Shown here: in pieces, positions 58,115 through 64,000 of the stretch
How the letters are laid out: every line of letters begins with the position of its first letter
How positions within the stretch are numbered: the stretch's first letter is position 1
Assembly (NCBI GenBank): GCA_020891255.1
Contig: BQFW01000005.1
Location: 62,001-126,000, forward strand
Length of the DNA: 64,000 nucleotides
Direction: 5' to 3'
Source: Entomortierella parvispora E1425
Lineage: Eukaryota; Fungi; Mortierellomycota
Notes under the pieces: generated by a model
The model's input: the letters and a program-made list of their open reading frames with translations, nothing else
Told to the model about the DNA's origin: nothing
Database searches by the model: none
Translations under genes and position numbers: made by a program

Positions 58115-59460
58115 GTTCATTTAGCCTTTCCTCAAGTACAATCTCTGGAGGTATCGTCTTGGAGGTCGCTCGTAGAGTCCTGAAGCAGGTGAACTCAATC
58201 GCCTGTCTCTGTCTGGCAATAGACGGCTACACCCTCCTTATAGGCAAATGATCCTAGATCAGGTTGTGCGCTGTTCTGGATTCAATCCCAGGCACTCCAG
58301 TCCCTTTTCGTGGACATTAACACGGTCAACTGGTCAGTAAATGGCCAAAACTGGTTGGTGTTAACGATGCAGTACCTGTTCTGCCGACTTTCGAGCACTT
58401 TTCTGTAAGAGGCTTGGTCGCAGAGAAAGTTTTGGTGGCATTTCTTCACCGCTGCCGGAATCTCCAAACGCTCGAGATTCATCGAGATCGCGTGTGGTCG
58501 CCAGTTCTCACTCTCGTCAGCTCAGTTGTCCGCACTCAGTTGCCGAGTCTCGATAGTCTTGCCTACGAAGTCCCCAGGGTCATCGACGACATCTTGAGCC
58601 TTTTTATAGAGGGGTGAAGTTAAAGCACCTCTCCCTATCGCCATCGGGAGCGAACGCAGTCCGCGTGAATTCATTCCTACTAAGAGGAAGTGTTGGTAGT
58701 TGAAGAGCTGCTTCTTGAATACCTTCCTTCAGGAGTTCTTAGCGTGGGCCGGAGAACTTGAAGGTATCCAGAGATCTAACTTTCTCGTGGCCATTGGATA
58801 ACCAGTTTGATTTGCAAATCCAAGGAGAGCGCCCTCCTGCGGAGATCGGGATGCGAAAGAGCAAGATCAGTGGATATGGAAGCCCGAAGGTATCTGGTGA
58901 CAGCCAATGGCCTACCAAAAAAACTGGTCCAGTGTCTATTTGGAAAGTCTGGCGATCAATTTGTGCCGGATCCCACGCGGCGACGCCGGTGGTGTCTTTG
59001 TTCATGACTGCGAGGACAAAGCTGGAGAGACCCACCGCGAGGTGTACAGACAACTGGGCCGCCTCACTCATCTTCGGGAACTTGCCCTCGGCCACGGCAT
59101 GGACAGCAGAGTGTCAACAGTTGAGCGAACACCCTTGGCGAACGGCAACCTCCCAGTGGCAGGCCAATATTCCAGCCAGTTCATGTGTCTGTCCATGTCC
59201 TTGGCAGCTGGTCTTGGCCAACGTGCAGGTCTCAAGAACCTATGGGTCCTGGATATATCGAGCATGGCCCCATAGGATTGGGGTCGCCGAGTCAACCTAT
59301 ATGATGCAGTATTGGCCAATGTTGCAGAGAGTTAGTGGACTTGAGCAACGTGCGGCTTCCCACTCCATGATAGGTGACATGGACGGAGTCCAGACGATGC
59401 GTGAGCATGGACCGAGAAGCACTCAAATGGAATTGGATCGGCGTACCAATCTCTGCCCAA
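58115..59460 (+). pseudogene. Frameshifted tandem copy of the F-box gene lacking the F-box N-terminus
   Basis: Colinear fragments LFWIQSQALQSLFVDIN, FLHRCRNLQTLEIHR, TFLQEFL, LTFSWPLDNQFDLQI, VYRQLGRLTHLRELALG and HSNGIGSAYQSLP lie in different frames with several indels and stops. Confidence 0.85.
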
Positions 59461-59820
59461 AGTCTTTGCAACGTCAGGACTTTTCTTTCACTGTCTTCCT
59501 ACATCGGTACTAATGCCTCCAAATAAATGAAAATTTTCTTCAGTCTTGGAAGTTGTTCAACAGATGGCAAAGTCAAAAGCCCTCCGATTTCATACAGGAT
59601 AGTCCAAATGAATGCAAGCTCTAGGATAAAACTGTACGTTTACTTCGACATAAGTTAAGAAGAGGTGAAGAGACTATTGACAAAAAGGAGAAAATAACTA
59701 CGTCGAAGAAAGAGAGGCATCGGCTCATCAGGCAATAACAAAAAGATAAATATACAAAGGGCTGAAAGAGAGGGTATGAACACATCACATCATATACAAA
59801 AATAGGCGGGGGACGGCAGT

Positions 59821-62591
59821 TTACTCGTCATCCTCGGTACAAGACTTGGGGAGGTCAAAGTGCTCGGTACGAACGCTTCCGAAAGGCGAGTTGGCGCCAA
59901 CGACCTTGGCCTTGGGTCCGAGACCGCGCTTGGAGAAAGCTCTCCAGATATCGCACTTGTAGCGACCCTCGGTCAACAAGTTCTCAGCCTGGAGGATGGC
60001 ATCACGAGCCTGAATGAAGGAAGGTGTGCAAGGCTGAAGCTTGAGTCCATCGACCACCAACTGAAGAGCCAAGGTGTTGGCGTAGCTGGTCTTGTCGTTG
60101 GTGTACCAGTCCTCTGTGAAAGGAAGACGGAGGTTCAAGTTGCGGTAGACCTCGTACAACATCTCGGCCCAGACCTCACCCTTGGCGTGCACTCCCCAGT
60201 ATTGAGGACCGTCCATGATCTTGAACGTAGAGGGGTTGGTCTCGAGCGAGGTCGAGTACGTGTAGCGACGAATGCCCTGGCCGCCGTTCGAGTAGGATCC
60301 CATATCAAACTCGGATTCATAATTGTCCCCCTTCTTCTGACGGAACATGGTGGCAAAGAAATCACCCCATCCTTCACCCATACCACCGGCCTCGCCCCAT
60401 CCCAAGCATCCAGAGTTGGCGGGACCTCCGGTCAAACGGGTCGAGATACCGTGAGCATACTCGTGAATGATGATACCGCTCTCCAAGTCACCATCGCGCG
60501 CAATCTCGGTGACATCCCAGACGTACATGCGCATCTTTCCGTGCTGACCATCGGGGGGAGTAGCAAAGTTGGCGTTGTTGTAGCCTGAGCCATCCTGGGC
60601 GTTGGCAATGACGGCATCCTTCTCCAAACCACCGCGACCAAAGTTGTTCTCCTGGAAGTTACCAGACTCTTCATCGAAACCATAGTGATGGAACACGTCG
60701 TGGACCTGGTTGTTCCAGTAGAACAGGTTCACAACGGCAGCATCAACATAGGTCTGAGGATCCTTCTCGAGGTCGATCTTGAAGTCAAAGGTAAGCTCGC
60801 CATCCTTGCCAACCTTGCCCTCGGGCTTGGGGTTGTTCTGCCAGTCGTTTCCGTTCCTGCGGTTCTCACCAGCGTAGACGTTGTTACCGATAGTGGTGGT
60901 GAAGTTCTTGTTCTGAGCCTGTCTGTTCCAGCCCAAGGGGGAAGCAGGAGGGTGAGCAGGGTCCACAACGAGCTTACGGTCACCATCCAAGGGATCATTG
61001 GTGCCCATGGGGTAGACGTTGTAGGTGGCATCGGCCACCCAGTCGACAACCTGCATCACCTTGCCAGACTCAGCATTGACCTGGACATGGAACCAGTTGT
61101 CGGTGTCCTTCATCTCGACCTGGAAGTCATAGACGAGCTCGAGCTCGCCATCGTCCGTCTGGATATAGGCCTGAGCAACGGGGACCTGCCCGTTGGCAGT
61201 GAGGGGGCAGTTGGTCAAGACGACCTCGACCTTGTCCGAGCGAAGAGAGTTGGTGGAGACAATGTCCATGTCCTCGGGACGCGGGATCTCGACGTTGAGG
61301 TGGCGGGCAAAGGACAAGAGCGCGTCCTGGGGCGAGATGACGGTCTTGCGGTCAGTTCGCTCGTCATAGGAGGAACCCTGCTGGCGCTAAAGAGAGAACA
61401 GGAGCGGAGCACGTCATTTGTGGTTAGCACGAAGGTGACGCGTCGTTGTCAAGTCTGTCATTGCATTCCACCACACGTTCATTTGCGTTGCGTGTGCAAA
61501 TTGCTCAGGGGCGCGAAGGTGGGACGGGATTGGCTCAGCCCCATGTGACCCAATCGAGTAGAGTTGGGGCACGAATGGTGCAATGAACGGAAACAGCAAG
61601 AATAGGGGAGACGAACAAGGGGAGGGCGATGGAGGCTGGGAGGGAGCGACGAGTGGAGGTCTTTGTTGACTATCCGTCGAACAGCAACGGGTCAAACAAA
61701 CGACCCGCTGTCGGAAGATGAGAGACGGAGAGGGGGCTCTGTCTGCTCAGCTCATCCGTCGAGCATGTCGCGCTTTCAACAAAGTGTGGATTTCGAGGAC
61801 AAAAAAGGAAGGCAAAACCATGCCAACGATCCAAAAAAAAAAAAAAAAAAAAAAAAGGAAAAAAAAGGGTGAAGTCGTCTTCGAGTCCAGTGCATTCGCC
61901 ACCCCCGCTGCTGCTGAAAGCGCCTTTTCAAACACATGGAAGCAATCGAAAGATAAAGAATAAGAATGCATTCTCTTACCTGTGAGCGATGTCTCCATCC
62001 ACCAAAGGAGAGCTGTCGGCCAGTCAAAGCCTCAGCCTCCTTCTTGATCCACTCCTTGATGGTCAAGGAGGACTTGGCCTGTCTGTTGCCCTTGTAGAAC
62101 GAGTCACCATAGGAAATGACGTTGCCGTGTCTGTCAACATTGACATTGATATCACCGTTGGCGACCTCCAGTCCATCGATGCGTTGCTAAATTGTCAGGA
62201 ACAGAGAGAGGGAGACGAAAGATCAGTCGTCTAGAGCCGATTTGAACATCGTCTTACCGAGTTTTGATTTGGGGCAAACTCAGCATACCTTGAGATAAAC
62301 GTGCGTGACACCGTTGTGCTTGGACGTATAGGCATTCTTGACAATGTAGTCAGAGTCAGTCACTTGCTTCTCGACAAACTCGATGGCAACCTGCTCAGGG
62401 TTCGAGGCCGAGCCGGCATAGAAGGAGTGGTGGGGGAGGAATCCGTTGCTGACGCTGGAGGGCGTCTGGTACTCCTTGTGAGCGAGCTCAGGGCCAAAGG
62501 GCTGGACATGGGCGCGGTGGGCCGAGGTAGTGCTGGCAACAGCGACCATGGCCGCGAGGAGAGAGTAGGACTGGGACTTTGAGAACTTCAT
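59821..62591 (-). CDS. Fungalysin (M36) secreted zinc metalloprotease with FTP propeptide
   Basis: Exons 62289-62591, 61980-62186, 59821-61386. Signal peptide, GVTHVYLKQRIDGLEVANGDINVNV, NNANFATPPDG, HEYAHG zinc motif, GMGEGWGD, LQLVVDGLKLQPC. Confidence 0.96.
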
Positions 62592-64000
62592 GATGAAGGG
62601 TTGCTTGGTGTCCTACGGTGTCTATAGTCTTTGTTGAAGGAGTAGGTTCAAAGAAAGAAAGAAAAAAATAAAGATTTAAAAAATAAAATGAAAGAAGAGA
62701 GAGGGAAGGAGAAGAAGGGACTAAGGATGGTGGAATCTGAGATGTGGAATGAATGAAGAAGAAGAAGAGAGAAAGAGGAGAGATGAGATGAGATGAGATG
62801 CATGCGTTCGCCTGGGGTCCAGTCCTTTTAAGGCACCGCGCAGCCCGTCTGCGTCTGCACAAGACCAAACAAGGGAGGCAAAAAAGGTCGCCTATGGAAG
62901 GAAGCGAACCCGTGTCGACTGTGCCCGTGTGACCGATTGGACCACCCGACACGCAGACGAATCATGATGCTCCTTCTGGTGGCAAAGAGTGTATTTCTGC
63001 GGTCTTAATAATGTTATTAAGATGACTCTTCTTATGGATGCACAAGGGACCTTGGTCCCGCGTGTGCGTGTGCGAGTTGAGGGAGAGAGGCCATATAGAC
63101 CGGACCTGACTGACCGGAGCGGCGCTGGTCATGGCTTGCCATGGCTTGCAGGCAGGCGTGTCCTTGAGAGCAAACCTCCATGCCCAAATGACCTCCGCCC
63201 TCAATTCCTCAATTTTCGCCTGCCTTCGCGCGCTCTCCTTTTTCGCAGCTGTCGTCATCCTGCTCACCATAACGCAAGGAACTCGCTCACCCCACCAAAT
63301 AAATGAACATTTCCACAACTGTACCAATGAGTCCTCTGACGTAAAAGATCACAGGGAGAGAACCACTGTGAGCAAACAAACAGTGCTATGCTGGTGTGAT
63401 AGAAAGGACCAAAGGAACGGTTGCAACAGCCAGTTGATCGGTTTACTGCGAGAGAAGAGAAAAGTAAAGTTCATTCCTAGGATTCTTGGACGTGCAGCAT
63501 CCTACCTCTCGAACTACGGGTGCCAGTCATCACGACAGCGCACCATTGGCCCAGGCCTTCACGTTCTACCCATCTCCCTCAGTCTCATCCAAAGCAGGAC
63601 TTGTAAATGCATCGAGGTATCTTCCTGCATGTTGGTTGCACAACAAACAATCGAAACCCCTCCGCAATGAGTTCCTGCGGATCTTGGAACGCTCTTCTGC
63701 AAGCAATTTGGGCGTTTTTTTTTTTTTTTTTTTTTTTTGGATTAACTTTGAACGACTATGGTCCTTGACTGTGGTGCATTGTGTTGAGACTGATGAAAAG
63801 AGATCCTTGCCCAGAGAATCACATTGATGGTAGCGTCAAGGCGCTCCTAACTGACAACACATGACCCAGACAAAGAAGACGAAGAGGTCTTCAAGCTGGA
63901 CTGGACCCCTGGATTTTGGGGCATAGAGAGCTAATCGCTACAATCCCCACGTCAGAGCCCTTGTTGACTGCTTGGGCATGGATGTTTGGAAGGACTGGAC

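Noticed and set aside
62950-64000. ORFs of 105-179 aa and a poly-T tract at the right edge
   Set aside because: No recognisable domain or consistent exon chain; may be fungalysin upstream region or part of a gene beyond the window.

Overview
Gene-dense, intron-rich fungal nuclear DNA. Typical introns are about 90-200 nt, with CT(A/G)AC branch points and sense-strand poly-T tracts. Gene content (intronless F-box/LRR gene, secreted degenerate Hsp70, fungalysin) suggests an early-diverging fungus, probably Mortierellaceae; that assignment is inference. I modelled 25 protein-coding genes by splicing the ORF fragments by hand: PAH-domain protein, ARPC3, an orphan, ACAD10/11-like, EAF6, S28 peptidase, DnaJ, Dabb, RCF2, STK19, DUF2408/CUB1-like, BET2, RVS167, UBE2J1, Hsp70-like, NTF2-like repeat protein, LSM3, RPS1, Sfp PPTase, SRC1/HEH, PFS2, ACAP-type ArfGAP, monoglyceride lipase, F-box and M36 fungalysin. 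A frameshifted F-box duplicate follows the F-box gene. No rRNA, tRNA, CRISPR array or recognisable transposon was seen. Best leads: (1) an NTF2/SnoaL-like domain fused to a disordered tail with four KGHPALTS(T/S)xF repeats; (2) a signal-peptide Hsp70 with degenerate ATPase motifs, no lid and no ER-retention signal; (3) an orphan with poly-Pro, WH2-like and RVxF motifs next to ARPC3; (4) a TATA-driven, apparently spliced transcript with no real ORF at about 54.6-55.2 kb; (5) a multi-hairpin LSM3 intron; (6) a 181-nt near-identical patch shared by the F-box gene and its decayed copy; (7) three GC-AG introns. All homology calls are from motif recognition by eye; no searches were run.
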